The notes below the pieces were generated by a model. That model was not told the DNA's origin, searched no databases, and saw only the letters and a program-made list of their open reading frames with translations. Positions 48,991 through 64,000 of a stretch of DNA of 64,000 bases are shown here, in pieces. The stretch is from the human T2T-CHM13v2.0 reference genome, Homo sapiens. The position numbers and the translations under genes are program-made. Position 1 is the stretch's first letter. Each line of letters begins with the position of its first letter. The stretch lies in assembly GCF_009914755.1 (NCBI RefSeq), contig NC_060942.1, one strand, 5' to 3'.

Positions 48991-49383
48991 TCTTATTTTA
49001 GACTCACATGTTGTTAACCTGCCCCATGTAACAAGCAAACTGTGAAAAGCTTTCAGGTGCTCAATACATAAGTGTATGAAGGTACCAAAAGCAACATCAT
49101 AAACATAATGATTTAACTCACTGAAAACAAAAATTCATGTATTCAGTGTCAGTTTTAATTTTGATAAAAAATTTGTTTAAAGAATAACAAAATGTTACTA
49201 TTTTTCAAATGATGATAATTGTCACTTTTAGATTAAATGATGTATAATAGTATATCATATATTAATGGAAGATATGATTTGACATGAAATCAAGCTTAGT
49301 CCATGAAAATCAAGGTTTGTTTTTTTTTTTAAATAGTAAACCATGTTCAAATAGAATTTATTTTGTAAATGTAAGAATGTCTA

Positions 49384-49723
<340 letters not shown>

Positions 49724-50229
49724 TTAAAGTTAGAATATATCTTATATTATTCATTATTATTGTCTTTGGAGAAAAAAATATCATCACATAAACCCTGACC
49801 AGGTATTTAAAAAATATCAGGCATTAAAAAAAATCTATCCTCGATAAATAAACCCATGATAGAAAGATCAATTTTTTTTAAAAAAAAGGAGAATGTAAAC
49901 ATATCTCAAAGCCTAATTTGTTAGTTTATAAATATGGTAATAACCAAAGCTTGCACAGTTCTTGAAGAGTATGGGCTAGGTACCAGGTAGATATCAGAAT
50001 AGAAAGATGAATAAGATCTCATGTCTGCTTTTGAGAAGCTTGACCTGCAGATTCTTACAGTCCAAGTTTTGCTGTGGTTTGTGAATGGAGTAGCAGGATC
50101 ACAGAAGAAGGAATCATCTCTGCTGACTTTTAGAGAGGATGTTCTGTAATGAAGATATTAGTTTTCTAATTATCATGGTACTTAATATCACTTTTTTGCA
50201 AAGATAAATTACTAAAGACTGGTAAACTA

Positions 50230-50585
<356 letters not shown>

Positions 50586-51203
50586 TTAGCAGAGCCAACA
50601 AATGCACAGCATCTTGTATAGATTTTTAGCTTCCAGCACTAATAAGGCCATCCTGGAAGGGTGATCCTCCATGTTTTCTACATAATGGTTTCAATGTGCT
50701 CACTGGTTTGAGTACTGAGTAGGTTCTCATTTGCGTGACCTCTCCTGATTTTGAATTGTAATAATAAAATAATTGTGTCATATTTTCCACTGTGAAGTTC
50801 CCCATGTGGTTGAACATAAAAAGCATTATTGGAGATTTCCACTTGTAACCAGGGAAACTCAATTAGGTTTTACCTTTAATTTTTTATGTTGTTGTGGTTG
50901 GTATAATGAAAAGGTCGTCCAAGCCTTTGAAACAGAAGTGCTCGTCTTGGCTCTTTCTGTCTTTGTGGAATCCTTGCCCTGTCTGTGTCTAAGGAACGCT
51001 GCCATTTTGTGGATCAGAGCACGTAAAAAGCCAAATAAATAAGAAAAACTGTTTGAATGTCATGTTTCTCCCCAAGCAGTAACATTAATGTGTTTATATA
51101 ATAAGCACATTTACCAAATTTGCTTATTGAGGCACCTCCTGCAGGTGTGACCCTGTGACAGTGTTGGATGCCCCAGGATCCCTCACAGGTCTTCTGATGG
51201 ATG

Positions 51204-51290
51204 CATGAACTGGCAGGGCGAGGGAACCCAGTCCCAAGGGGACGTCCATGAACCTGGCAGGGCGAGGGAACCCAGTCCCAAGGGGACGTC
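51204..51290. repeat. Near-perfect 43/44-bp tandem duplication
   Basis: catgaac(c)tggcagggcgagggaacccagtcccaaggggacgtc x2. Confidence 0.92.
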
Positions 51291-52204
51291 CTTGACCAAG
51301 GGCAAACAGAGCCTGCAGATTAGCACTCCCCTCCCAGGCGCTCAGATGGGGCAGTGACTTGCATGCTCATGGCCCTGCACGGTGCCCTGGTCCATGAAAC
51401 CCTGGTTCTTGCAGAAGAGACCAGCTCCATCACACACTCTTGCACTCTTGTTCTTCCTCTGCTGTTTTGCTCTTCCTCCTCCCTCAGGTCTGCAGTCCCC
51501 TGAATCCATGCTGTTCATTCTATCCAGGCTCCAGCACCCCTCCCTGCCTCCGTGGACCAGTTGCTGCCACAGCCCACACGTGGACTGACCACAAAGCCAC
51601 AGGTCTCCAGTTAGAGAGGGGTCCTCAGAGAACATTCTCCTGATGTCCTCTGAGCAGTGCCTCTCTGTTTCACGGGCTCCTAACACCCCACGTGTCTCCT
51701 TTGTAGAACTCATCACAGTTCTGGAAATGCGCTCATGCTTCCTGCTCTATCCACGGCACAAGCACTCTGTCTTTCCCATCACGCAGTAGACAATCAATAA
51801 TTACTGCCCAATACATGGACAGATGGGCTTTCAATTTGATTCCCTCCCTTCAATCATGCCCACTGTAGAATCATCCTCCATATTGCAGCGAGTCATCCAT
51901 TCAAAACCCAGCCCTGCTCACAGGGCTCCCTTGCTGTCCCTCCTCAGGGCATCTTTACTAGCTGCAAAGGCCTCTCCCGGAGAAGCCTCACACCCGTCAG
52001 GGTCTCCTCCCCACCGTGCCCCCAGGAACCTCTGCATGCACTAGGCGTCTTCATCCATCTACCTTGGCTCTTCCATCTCAGACTCTGGATGACCCTTGGT
52101 AGCTTTTACTTTCCTGGTTACCCTCAATCACTCGGCAGTAAATGCCTCTTTGCACCTTTAACGTGAAGATGCGCGTCCCACTCAGTGACTCCCTAACATC
52201 TTTA

Positions 52205-52395
52205 AAAATAATTCCATAGGTTATTGGGGAACAGGTGGTGTTTACTTACAGGAGTAAGTTCTTTAGTGGTGATTTGTGAGATTTTGGTGCACCCATTTCC
52301 CACAGTATACACTGAACCCAATTAGTAGTCTTTTATCTCTCACTCCCTTCCCACTCTTTCCCCGTAAGTCCCCAAGGCCCACTGTGTCACTCTTT
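52205..52395 (-). mobile_element. L1PB 3' end
   Basis: ccataggttattggggaacaggtggtg...gagattttggtgcaccc. Confidence 0.85.
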
Positions 52396-53407
52396 TGGCT
52401 GTCTTATCACTGACCGCATTAGCTGGCAGTTATCAGTTTTTGTGTTAGTTTCCATAATAGACTCTGAGCTCTCCAAGGTGGATTCTTTGTTCCTTTTCCA
52501 CACCTGCCTCCATCATCTAGCATGACACAGCAGGAGCTCTCCAGAGGCATCTTCTGGGTCAGGGTCTAATTTAGGTGAAGAGTGAACTGGACGGAATTAG
52601 AGTGTGGCCTCTAGAACAATAGTGCCAGGTCCTAGGCTATCAGCAAAGCTGGTGCTTGGCTGATTCCAGTGAGCTGGGGGAATTTTTCCAGCAACAGAAG
52701 GACCGTTTTTCCCAGATGGTAATTCTATTGCTCATCAGGGTTAAACACGTGCGATTCTGATTCTACATGTGCAGAAGGAGGTGCTGTGCACCTCTGGTGA
52801 TACGTGGAAATCTAGCACACACTCAGTGGTGATTGCTGAGATTGGGTTCAGGGGCCATCCTGGAGCACCTGAATGCTTGGTGCATCTGCCATCTAAAAAT
52901 GACAGGATTTCCCACCATGACATTGTGACATGTGTCTGCCTCTCTCACACTTTGGCGTGGGACTGGACATGACTTATTATTTTCAATGAGACAAAATCGG
53001 TTGGAAAACAGGAATGAGGTGTTCTGTGTCTAGGTGGCTCTCGGGGAACTATTGCCATGGATGGAGCCTCTGGCACAGGACGTCCACCCTGCTGGATAAG
53101 CCTTATATTTGGTGGACACTGGCACAAGCAGGCAGTAAGGAGTCCAAAAGACAGTGACCAGACATAGCACAGGCTAAACAAAGGATGGTGGCCAGGAATC
53201 CAATGGCAGTGCTCACAGTTGCAAATGAGGAGTGGGGCTGCCCTGTGCCCTGGGTACCCTGCACAGTATAGCCATCGCGGGCATGGAGGGCTGTGGTCAG
53301 GAGCTTCGCCAGGGGAGGGCACGCTGGGCTCCGCGTGGAAAGGTGCAGGGGCGCAGGGAGCCCCTGTTTCTGGCTGAGGTTTCTGCTGGCTGCTGGAGCC
53401 GAGATTA

Positions 53408-53878
<471 letters not shown>

Positions 53879-54299
53879 TCAGGTCAGTAACGTTACATCA
53901 GGGACTCCGTTGTTAAAACTCTACATGCGTTCACAAAACCCAAACTGCTGCATGAGAGGGGAAAGAGAGAAGCAATAGTGTAGTTTTTTTCTAAAAGGTT
54001 TGAGTCTGGATTATCCCATTAAAGATGACCTTGTTCTCTTTAACATTGCGCTATTTCCCTCCTAACTGAGGATTCACTACCCTCTTCCCAAGTTCTACAA
54101 ACCTAAAAGGAATCATCACCCAGTTCCCCATAAACACTTAGACAGCCTCATTCTCCTGCTTCTCTTCCAACGCTTCCTTCTGCAGTACCTGTTCTTCCGG
54201 CTGGCCTTTCCTACTCGGAGGTCTTCATGTGGCTTCAGTATTTCTGTTATCTTATATCATGTGATCTTATGAAAATGTTTCTTTTTAATTTTTAAAATT

Positions 54300-54582
54300 T
54301 TTTTTATTTCAGTAGGTTTTGGGGAACAGGTTGTATGTGGTTACATGAGGAAGTTCTTTAGAGGTGATTTCAGAGATTTTGGTGCACCCACCCCCAAGCA
54401 GTGTACACTGTACCCGGTATGTAGTTTTCTATTCCTTGCTACCCTTTCCCGGGTCCCCAGTGTCCATTGTATCATTCTTACGTCTTTACAACCTCATCTC
54501 TTAGCCCCCACTTATGAGTGAGAACTTATGATATTTGGTTTTCCATTCCTGAGTTACTTCACTTAGAATAATGGTCTCCAAT
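54300..54582 (-). mobile_element. L1PB 3' end
   Basis: tttcagtaggttttggggaacagg...cacttagaataatggtctcca. Confidence 0.85.
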
Positions 54583-54812
54583 CTTTTTTAAAATTTTTTT
54601 TTCCCTTCACATTGAAAGAAGGCTGCTGAGACCCTCTATTGCTCCTTCAGAGTTCTGAAAACACTTCACTGAGTTTTCAGATTCCCAGTAGAACTAGTTC
54701 AGTTTACCATACTGTTCTCTGGGTTTCATATTTTAGTCTTCTATCCTCAATATACCACTCAGGAGCTCATGGGAAGGTCATGGCTAAGACTGGGAAGAAA
54801 GTGCCAAGATTG

Positions 54813-55182
<370 letters not shown>

Positions 55183-55559
55183 TTACCGTGTGTTTCTAAC
55201 AATCTCCTCTTTCTTCTGCTCAAGCCTGAGCCACAGTATTTCAAGATTGTGACCTCTAAAACTCCAGTTTGAAAAACCAAATCAAACCAAGCCAAAACAG
55301 AAACCTGACCCTATTACCCGTTTTAGTTTTTCTCTATGGATAAAATAATACTGAACACAACATATTAATAAACACTAAAATTCTTGGTGTGATTTTTTTA
55401 AACCAGATATTGTGTGAGTGTTCCCTATAGATTATTTCAAATAATCCTGAAATGAACGCTTTGAGGTGCGAGTTATAACTAAATGGCAGCTGTATGTTTT
55501 ACAGTACACCCAGAAAAATTATGGTACACTGGAAAGACCAAACAAGTCCATCCCTGACT

Positions 55560-55695
55560 CCACCGTGCCTTGAGTGTCCGACCCTGACTTAGTTACTCTG
55601 CCGTGAGGTTTGTTTCCCCAGGTGTAATGGAGACAGTAATTCCTACATCAGGATGAGTGTTAAAAGAATGACAAGCTAACGTGTGTAGGGCCTGG
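55560..55695 (+). mobile_element. MIR fragment
   Basis: gtttccccaggtgtaatggagacagtaattcctac resembles MIR core. Confidence 0.55.
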
Positions 55696-55894
55696 TGACC
55701 CCTTCTTGATTATAAAGTTTGTATTGACAGGACAATATATATTCGAAAGTAATGTTAAGGAAACTATTGAAATGATTAATACTCTGAGGCTTTTTTTGTC
55801 TGTAATGAGTAAGGAATTCAATATGTTAGGAAGGCAACGAGAAGGAAAAAATATCTACTTTCACTGTGAATGTGTTGGGAATCAGGACATGTAA

Positions 55895-56197
<303 letters not shown>

Positions 56198-56248
56198 GTA
56201 ATTTGTTGTTTTAGTTTGATATGTATGCATATATACACATAGTTGTGA

Positions 56249-56253
<5 letters not shown>

Positions 56254-56285
<32 letters not shown>
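56254..56285. repeat. (TA)n microsatellite
   Basis: Direct reading. Confidence 0.95.
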
Positions 56286-56288
<3 letters not shown>

Positions 56289-57367
56289 TATATTAACAGT
56301 AAAGTACGTAAAGAAAGCTTATTCTGTAATAGAAAATCAGCTGTCATTTAGAACTGAGTTTTAGTCTAAAAAGATTCCTGCTGGGTTGGCTTAAAATTTA
56401 ACAGAGAATCTCTAAGAAGCCATAAAATGTATCTGAACATTTAGGTTTTTAAAGATTTAATATTGTAAAATAAATTTTAAAATGAGAACTACAGTAGTAA
56501 GAACCTTAATACAACTAAAAACCCATGAGAATTACTTGAAAAACACAACTTGCTTTTAAACAAGTCAGGTCCAGGCAGCTGAGGGAGGTGGTGCCAGCTC
56601 AGGAGTGATGAGCAGACACGGGACCATGCCTGCACAAGCCCTTGATTAAGGTGACTGGGCCTCGGTAATGACCGTTTCTACCACGTGGGCCTGTTGTGGA
56701 GGATAAAGTGGAGGTGTTGGCTGAGACCCTGAGTGAGAAAGTGCTGATGCCACAGAGCCAGGAGAGAAAGGGGAGCCACCTCCTGCAGGATATGCAGAAC
56801 CAAGTGGCTCAGACCTGGCAGCCGCTTCTCAGCACTGCCCTCAGCAAGCAAGATGCCCAGAGCTGGAGAGGGGATGAAGAAAGCAGGCTTTTTGGATCAT
56901 TGTTTTTAAAGTACTGAGTATACATAAATACTTAGAGACTGTGAGTGAGGATGGATGAATACAACCGCATGGGACCACACACGGTTTAAGGCACTTCCTG
57001 TTCATGTTGACGTCCTCTGGCGTTTTCTCCCCATTCCTACATAACCAAAACCCTCAATTATCTTTCTTTGCTTTTTCTTTGTGTCATACATGCATATTCT
57101 TTTCAACTCAAGACGAGACAAAGCTAGTTATGAGCCTAACTGGAGTTTGATTCGTTTTCTGTATAGGTTGCATTCAGTGAGTACCCTGCAATGCTTGTTT
57201 GTTTTACCCTTTCTATACCTGTCCTCCCCATCTTTTCCTATGACACAGTTTTGCTGCTGTGAACTTTTCCGTACCTCCCTCCTGGAGCCCATCGGCAAGA
57301 ATTCTGTGTTTGGCACCTAAAAGTAGAATTTCTGAGCCACAGGCTGTTAACATCTGCAACCTTGCTA

Positions 57368-57420
57368 CATTAACCCAATTAATGATATTAACCCAATTAA
57401 TGACATTAACCCAATTAATG
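57368..57420. repeat. 18-bp unit x3
   Basis: (c/t)attaacccaattaatga repeated three times. Confidence 0.93.
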
Positions 57421-57477
57421 TTCATCCTGATTTTACACGTTTACATTCCTGCCAGGGATGAACTCTGGGTGTCCATA

Positions 57478-59048
57478 TTTTAATGTTGCTTTCATGCCTG
57501 CTAACCCAACATCCGTTCTGCAGCCCATGGATCAAGGAGTAATTTCGACTTTTGAGTATTACTATTTAAGAAATACAGGAAATGTGGTATATATAATCGT
57601 AGAGTACTACTCAGCCACACAAAGAATAAAATTCTGTCATTTTCTGCATCATGGATGAAACTGGAGGACACTATGTTAAATGAAATAAGCTAGAAAAGAA
57701 GGTTAAAACACTGCATGTGCTCACTCCTATGTGGAAGCTAAAAATGTTTATCTCATAGAAGTAAAAAGTAGAACAGAGGGAACTAGAGGCTGGGAAGGGC
57801 AGGAAGAATGGAGGGACAGGGAGAAATTTGCTGAAGGATGCAAGATTACAGCTTGAGAGGAAGAATAAGTTCTGGGGTCTGATACTACTTTAGGATGACT
57901 ACAGTCATCAGTAACATGTTACACAGTTTCAAAGAGCTAGAGGGGGATATTAAACTTTTCCAACATGAAGAACTGATACATGTCTCAGATGATGGATATG
58001 CAATGACCCCGATCTGATACCATATATTATATGTATCAAAACATCACTTATGTGCTCCATTAATATGTAAAATTTTTATTTGTTAATAAATACGCAAATA
58101 CATAAAAAACTTTAAAAAGGAATGCACACGCACAAAAAGAAAGACATTTCATTAGACTGCCATAAATAGTGATTCATCTGATGGGTCTGGGCAAGGTAAG
58201 TTGGAAACCAGGAAAGGATTCATCATTTTAGACGCCAGTAGGAACATTTGTGAGTCACGGGAGGGGATCAAAATATCAACATTCATAGGAGTTTTTAAAA
58301 GTTTATTTGAGTTCTCCTGGATGACTTTGCAGGGTTCAAGCCTTCAGTGGAGGAAGTGACTGCAGGTGTGGAAATCACGAGAGAACTTGAAGGAGAAGTG
58401 GGGCCTGAAGATGGGGCTGAATTGCTGCAATCTCATGATAAATTTGAAAGGATGAGAAATCGCTTCTTGCAGATGAGCTAAGAAATGGTTTATTAAGTGG
58501 AATCTACTCCTGGTGAAGATGCCGTGAACATTGTTGAAATGACATCAAAAGATTTAAAATATTAGGTAAACTTAATTGATAAAGTGGCGGAGAACTTTGA
58601 GAGATGAACTCCAATTTTGAAAGGAGTTCTACTGTGGGTAAAATGCTGTCAAACAGCATTGCATGCCACGAGGAAATCTTTCACAAAAGGAACAGTCAAT
58701 TAATGCAGCAAACTTCATTGTTGCCTTATTTTAATAAATGGTCACCCCAACCTTCAGCAGCTACCACCCTGATCAGTCAGCAGCCATCAACGCTGAAGCA
58801 TCTCCACCACCAAAAGATTATGGCTCGCTGAATGCCCAGATGAATGCCAGCATTTTTAGCAATACAGTATTTAATGAGGGTATGTACCTTGTTTTTTAGA
58901 CACAGTGGTGTTGCACGCTTTACAGGATACAGTATAACAAAAACACAACTTTAAAATGCATTGGGAAACAAAAACATTGTGTGACTGGCTTTATTGTGAT
59001 GTTTGTAGAGTCTGGAACTGAACCCACAATATCTCCCAGGTCAGCCTG
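57478..59048 (+). mobile_element. Tigger1 3' portion interrupted by L1MA
   Basis: catgcctgctaacccaacatccgttctgcagcccatggatcaagg (MPANPTSVLQPMDQGVI, pogo transposase motif); ends aatatctcccaggtcagcctg. Confidence 0.9.
57578..58136 (+). mobile_element. L1MA 3' end nested in Tigger1
   Basis: ggaaatgtggtatata...tgtggaagctaaaaa; TSD AAGAAA(T/G)ACA at 57568-57577 and 58137-58146. Confidence 0.87.
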
Positions 59049-59049
59049 C

Positions 59050-59790
59050 ATGCCGTTCCTCATGTTCAAATCTACTTGTGTATCTTCCAGATTTTTATCG
59101 ACTTCTATTTATTTGTTTTTGCTTCACCTTTCCTGTTAAGAGGACTCCAAGGCATTTTCTTATCTGCTTAGTTGCTATTCTCGCTAGTAGTATCTTTTCT
59201 TCCCTTGCACCTTCTAGCTGGTTGCTATAGCTCTGGTTGTTGATGTTTTAACCATTACAGAGGGACTACTGATTTCTGCACTTCAGTTTGTCCTGCGACC
59301 TTACTGACTTTTTATCCTTTGTAGTAGTTTTTCAGTGGATTCTGTTGGATTATATATGTCTAAATATAATCTGCAAAAAAGTTAAAATAAATAAATATAT
59401 TTTACTCCTTTTTATTAGTTTTTGGACATCCAATTTCTTTTGTGTCTAGTTGCTTTAGCAAACATTTGCAGTGGATACTAGTAGTGAAAGCGGCGATTCT
59501 TGTCTTTTTCCTTAGTTGAGTAAAAATATTTTCTTTGATTCCCAGTAAGTGGAATCCAATACCTTCTTTGATATTTAATTTTTTTAAATCAAGGATAGAC
59601 GTGTTTTGTCAAAAGAGCTTTCAATATCCATAGAGATGGTCATATAACTTTTTGTTCTTAGACCTGCTAATATGGATTATGGAACAGATTTCCTGATGTC
59701 CCTTTGCATCTCTGGAATACACTCTCTCTGGTCATGACATGTTTTTCTGTAGTGTACCATTGGATTCTGTTTGCTAACCTTACAGAAGGT
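59050..59790 (-). mobile_element. Highly diverged L1M fragment
   Basis: T-rich antisense ORF2-like phrases (ttttcagtggattctgttgga; ccctttgcatctctggaatac). Confidence 0.5.
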
Positions 59791-60288
59791 CCCTTGGGCA
59801 CCTATATGGTCAGAGACACATGGGGGTGCAGCCATGCCTCATCTGTCTCTGAGGACCCAACTAGACTCAGGCCCCTGAAGAGTCTCTGATTTTTAGAAGG
59901 TGCATTGTTACATTGCTTTCTGACATCTGCCAGATCTCCCCCTTCAGGCATCCCTTACCTCCCCTACCCTGCAGACCTTGTGCCCGTCTAAGCTGATGCT
60001 GTCTTCAGTGGGTCCTTCTCGGGTGGCTCTCTCCTGGCTGTGCTTGCTCTTGACAATGTCAGAAATCCCTGCACCCCTTTTCTCACCTGTTAGAACGTCC
60101 TGGGCTCCCATGAGGGCTTATGAAAACGTTCTTGGTCTTTGTTGTTTTTGGCAGCCCTTACAGGCAATTGAGAGTTCACAGATTTATTTCGTGATAATTG
60201 GGTTGGTGGGGAATTTTTTCCTGTCTTTCTTCTTGTAGCTTGCATGGTTAGAGGAGAAGTGAGTGGATTCAGAATGATGCTTTCTGCA

Positions 60289-60441
60289 TGTTTCTAGTGG
60301 AAACCTGTGATTGAGAAAGCACGTTCGGGGGGCGAGCTCTGTGCCCCGTGCCCCTGTTCAGGGGCTGTTTCTAGTGGAAACTGTGACTGAGAAAGCGCTT
60401 TTGGGGGGCGAGCTCTGGGCTGAGTGCCCCTGTTCAAGGGC
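60289..60441. repeat. ~77-bp tandem duplication (two diverged copies)
   Basis: tgtttctagtggaaac...gagaaagc...ggggggcgagctctg...gtgcccctgttca x2. Confidence 0.9.
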
Positions 60442-60634
60442 TGGAGGAGGCTCCTGCTTCCTCCCTCAAGGATGCTCTTCAAGTGTGGGGAGCTCCCAGG
60501 GGAGAGCCCAGGGGCTTCCTCTTTCCCCACAGGTCAGAGAGGGCTTTGGGGGAGACAAGTGGAGCTTGGTAGGGGTCCCTTTGGGCAGTGGGGCACAGGT
60601 TGACTGGGCTTGCCTCCTTTTAGGTGAGATAGAT

Positions 60635-60635
<1 letters not shown>

Positions 60636-60667
<32 letters not shown>
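60636..60667. repeat. (CA)n microsatellite
   Basis: Direct reading. Confidence 0.95.
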
Positions 60668-60668
<1 letters not shown>

Positions 60669-62298
60669 CTGCCTCACATGCACAGCTGTCTTCTGGATTA
60701 AAATTCTTCTATCACTTGCCACTTACTCTTTTGCATTAGCCCCCAAGTTACCGAATCCAATCTACTCAGCTCCCTGACACTTTTCTGGACTCCTGTCTCC
60801 TAGGTCGTGCCATCCTATAAAATCCGTTCATTCTATTACTCTGATTTTGTAAAAGAAGCAACTCTGCACATCCGTGACTCAAATATCTACTTTCTATAAT
60901 TTGAAAGGGGTTGGGATTTTTCCCTGGCTATGTAAGTATGTAAGTTGTGTTTTTCTTTCAGATGGCTGAGAATTGAGTTCAATTCATTCCCATAGTTTAT
61001 CATTCCCACAGATTTTATGGTCCAGCGTAGACAGCATGCATGCCAGAGATATGATGGAGTGTGGTCTAAATGTAAAAGGCCATGCTCAAGCAGTTCCCTG
61101 CCAGAGCCTTAACTCACCCCTCCAGCTCTTTATTCTAGCTGTCCTTGTGATGAAAACCATTTTCAAGTGAATCTGTCATTACCCACATGTCACTCAATAG
61201 GGCTCAGTGCATTGTCTTCATCGCAGGCCTCACTGGAGTGGAGGGAACCGTTCCACCTTCTCCTCACTATTCAGTGCAGCCATTGTCTGTCCAGTCTTCA
61301 TGTTAGGGTAATAACGACTCCAACTGCGTCATGAATAGAACTTAAGGAAAATAGGGATGGACAAGAGAAGACGGTATTTCTTTTTCTTTTCTTTTCCTTT
61401 TTTTTTTTTTTTTTTTTGGCAGCACGAAGAGGTAATTATATGTAATTTGAAGTAAAATTTCCATTCACTGTTACTTTCCCAACCTAACATGGTCCTCCCA
61501 GCAATATGACAAGAAGGGCCACAAAGTACTCGTTTGGGAAACTGCATTGTTTCTCGCAAGATCAACATACTTCTATTCATTTTTCCAGAAAATTTACTGA
61601 TTTCTTGTTTTGTAGACACAGGGTTACTCACTTCTTTAATGCAGTTATTCACATCATCCTAGTTTTATTTCAGTTTACATTCAATATGATAAGGGAACCT
61701 CCGTATTACAAGTCACTCACATCCCCTGTTGTAGAAAGAATGAGCACGTTCATGTCTCCTGAGCGTTGAAGCCGCCCCAGACATCAATTTTGATTAGTTA
61801 GAGAAAGTGTACAGAAATCCTGAATATATGATCATAAACAGCAATTGTTTCTAGGAATTTACATGTTGACCTTTCAGATAATACATCTTTTATTCATGTG
61901 ACATTTTGAAACTTTTTGGAAATATGGATGAACATTGTTTACATCATAAGGTACACATCTGTATTAAAACACGTAATTCATATGTGTAATAATTCGGGAA
62001 GAAAGTTGCATTTAAACCTTCACAGCAACAACAACAGCAAAATGCTATTCCGTAACCTTGAACTATACTTTGCTGTGACAGCTGGAAAACGGGAATTGTG
62101 CAACCATTTGCTGGTATGAGGTTTGTTCACCTTATGATTTGATATTTCTGCAAAGGCCCTGTGAGGTTCTCTAGCACAAGACTCTAGTTGAGTGGGGAAT
62201 GTTGTGTCCGGCGTTGTTGGAAGCTCATCCATTCTCTGACTGAACACCTCCAGCCTTGGTGCCATTGTTTCTCCAGTGATTTTGGGTGTCTGAAGTGA

Positions 62299-62721
<423 letters not shown>

Positions 62722-63619
62722 TGAGTATCTTAAATATGTAACTCCACTGTCTTTGACATAAAGCATCACTTTTGAAAGTCTAATGTCAACACGATGATTT
62801 TCTTTCCTATATAAGTCACTTCATATTGTTGGTGTTAGTAATAGTATTGTTTTTGTGAAACTTTTGTAGGCATATTGTGGAATAAAGAGCATGCATTAAT
62901 TTGTTGGTTAATGATCTTGACAAAAATGTATCAGTCTTTTCCAGATAGTTACCCCCGCTTCTGACATTTGATATGATAATTATTTAGATACAGTGTGGTC
63001 ATGAATTTATAAAATATATTTAAATAACTACTATCTGATTGAAAAAATATTTTGTGGAAGCATTTTACTAAGAATTTCTTTTTTGGAAGTGTTTCGTTTA
63101 TATAATTTAAAATATACCTTCTCTATGGGATACTAATTCAAATAGCACTTAGGAATACATTTTTAAAATGAAACAAAATAAAACAATTTTTTATCAATGC
63201 ATTGCAAGAATGCAATTTTAAATTACTAAACCTCACATTTTTACATGAAAAAATATGCTGTGAAGGAGGTTGTCTTTCCTCAAATTAAAGAAATATTTTA
63301 TTAGAAAAGACATTTTCTTTAAGAAGTCAGTGCGTAATTCTTTTTGATAAATACACATATCAAAGTGAAGATAATCTATAGAGTCATTTTCATGATATCT
63401 AATGGTTTCCTGGATAAAATACTAGATGTCACAATTATATATTTGATTCATGGTATTACCAACCAAAATGTAGACATTACAATGTCTACCTAGTAAGTAA
63501 AATGTGTATTTTTCTTCCTTTATAATTAATGTGCTGAGGTGCAGAATGACCTCACCATAGTATTGGAAATGATGACTTATTTTCACAACCGAGGGCGATA
63601 TAACAGAGGAACTCGGTCC

Positions 63620-63775
63620 CTGACAAGAGCCAGAAGCCCTGGATTTGAATCAAAGTTTTTTTCAAATAGCAGGACAAGTTATTTATTCTCTCTGTGCTTC
63701 ACTTTTCTCATCTGCAAAATGGGGATAATAATGGTACGTAGGTCATAGGATCATTATATTAATATATGACAGTAT
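63620..63775 (+). mobile_element. MIR fragment
   Basis: ctggatttgaatc...ctctgtgcttcacttttctcatctgcaaaatggggataataat. Confidence 0.75.
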
Positions 63776-63829
63776 TTGGAATGGTGGCTAGTGTGAAGTA
63801 AGCCCTGTATAAATATTTTCTTTGCTAAT

Positions 63830-64000
63830 TGTGATGGCAATAGTGGTGATGATGTTGGTGATGATGATGATAATGGTGATGATGGCAATAGTGATGATGA
63901 CAGTGATGATAAGAGTCATGGTAATGGTGATGATGGTGATGGTGATGATGATGGTGATGATAAGAATCATGGTAATGGTGGTGATGATGATAATGATGAT
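63830..64000. repeat. Degenerate (GAT/GGT)n repeat running off the window
   Basis: Direct reading. Confidence 0.92.

Noticed and set aside
57368-57420. CRISPR-like array
   Set aside because: Head-to-tail repeats without spacers in primate DNA; no cas genes
63788-63970. Ile/Thr-rich ORF
   Set aside because: Translation of the (GAT/GGT)n repeat

Overview
Primate, human-like intergenic DNA made mostly of interspersed repeats. I find no intact host protein-coding gene, tRNA, rRNA or CRISPR array. Main landmarks: (1) a full-length ~6.02-kb L1PA2/L1PA3-type LINE-1 on the minus strand (24728-30748) with an 18-bp TSD, a CpG-rich 5'UTR, a broken ORF1 and an ORF2 broken by one 1-nt deletion; (2) a 5'-truncated processed pseudogene of BDP1 (TFIIIB B'' subunit) on the minus strand (40800-45998) with the C-terminal coding region, long 3'UTR, AATAAA and an A-tail remnant, which suggests the BDP1P locus at human 18q23 (recalled, not verified); (3) a 5'-inverted (twin-primed) L1PA7-like insertion (37110-39733); (4) a ~14.5-kb nested stack of retroelements inside one old L1M; (5) about 19 Alus plus MaLR LTRs, Tigger1, MER, L2, MIR and simple repeats. 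Beyond the repeat catalogue there are several short locally templated direct or inverted insertions, and an arrangement in which the L1 antisense promoter and a consensus splice donor point toward the antisense strand of the BDP1 retrocopy. I cannot demonstrate a new biological system from sequence alone; these are testable hypotheses. Subfamily names come from recalled consensus diagnostics and old-repeat boundaries are approximate.
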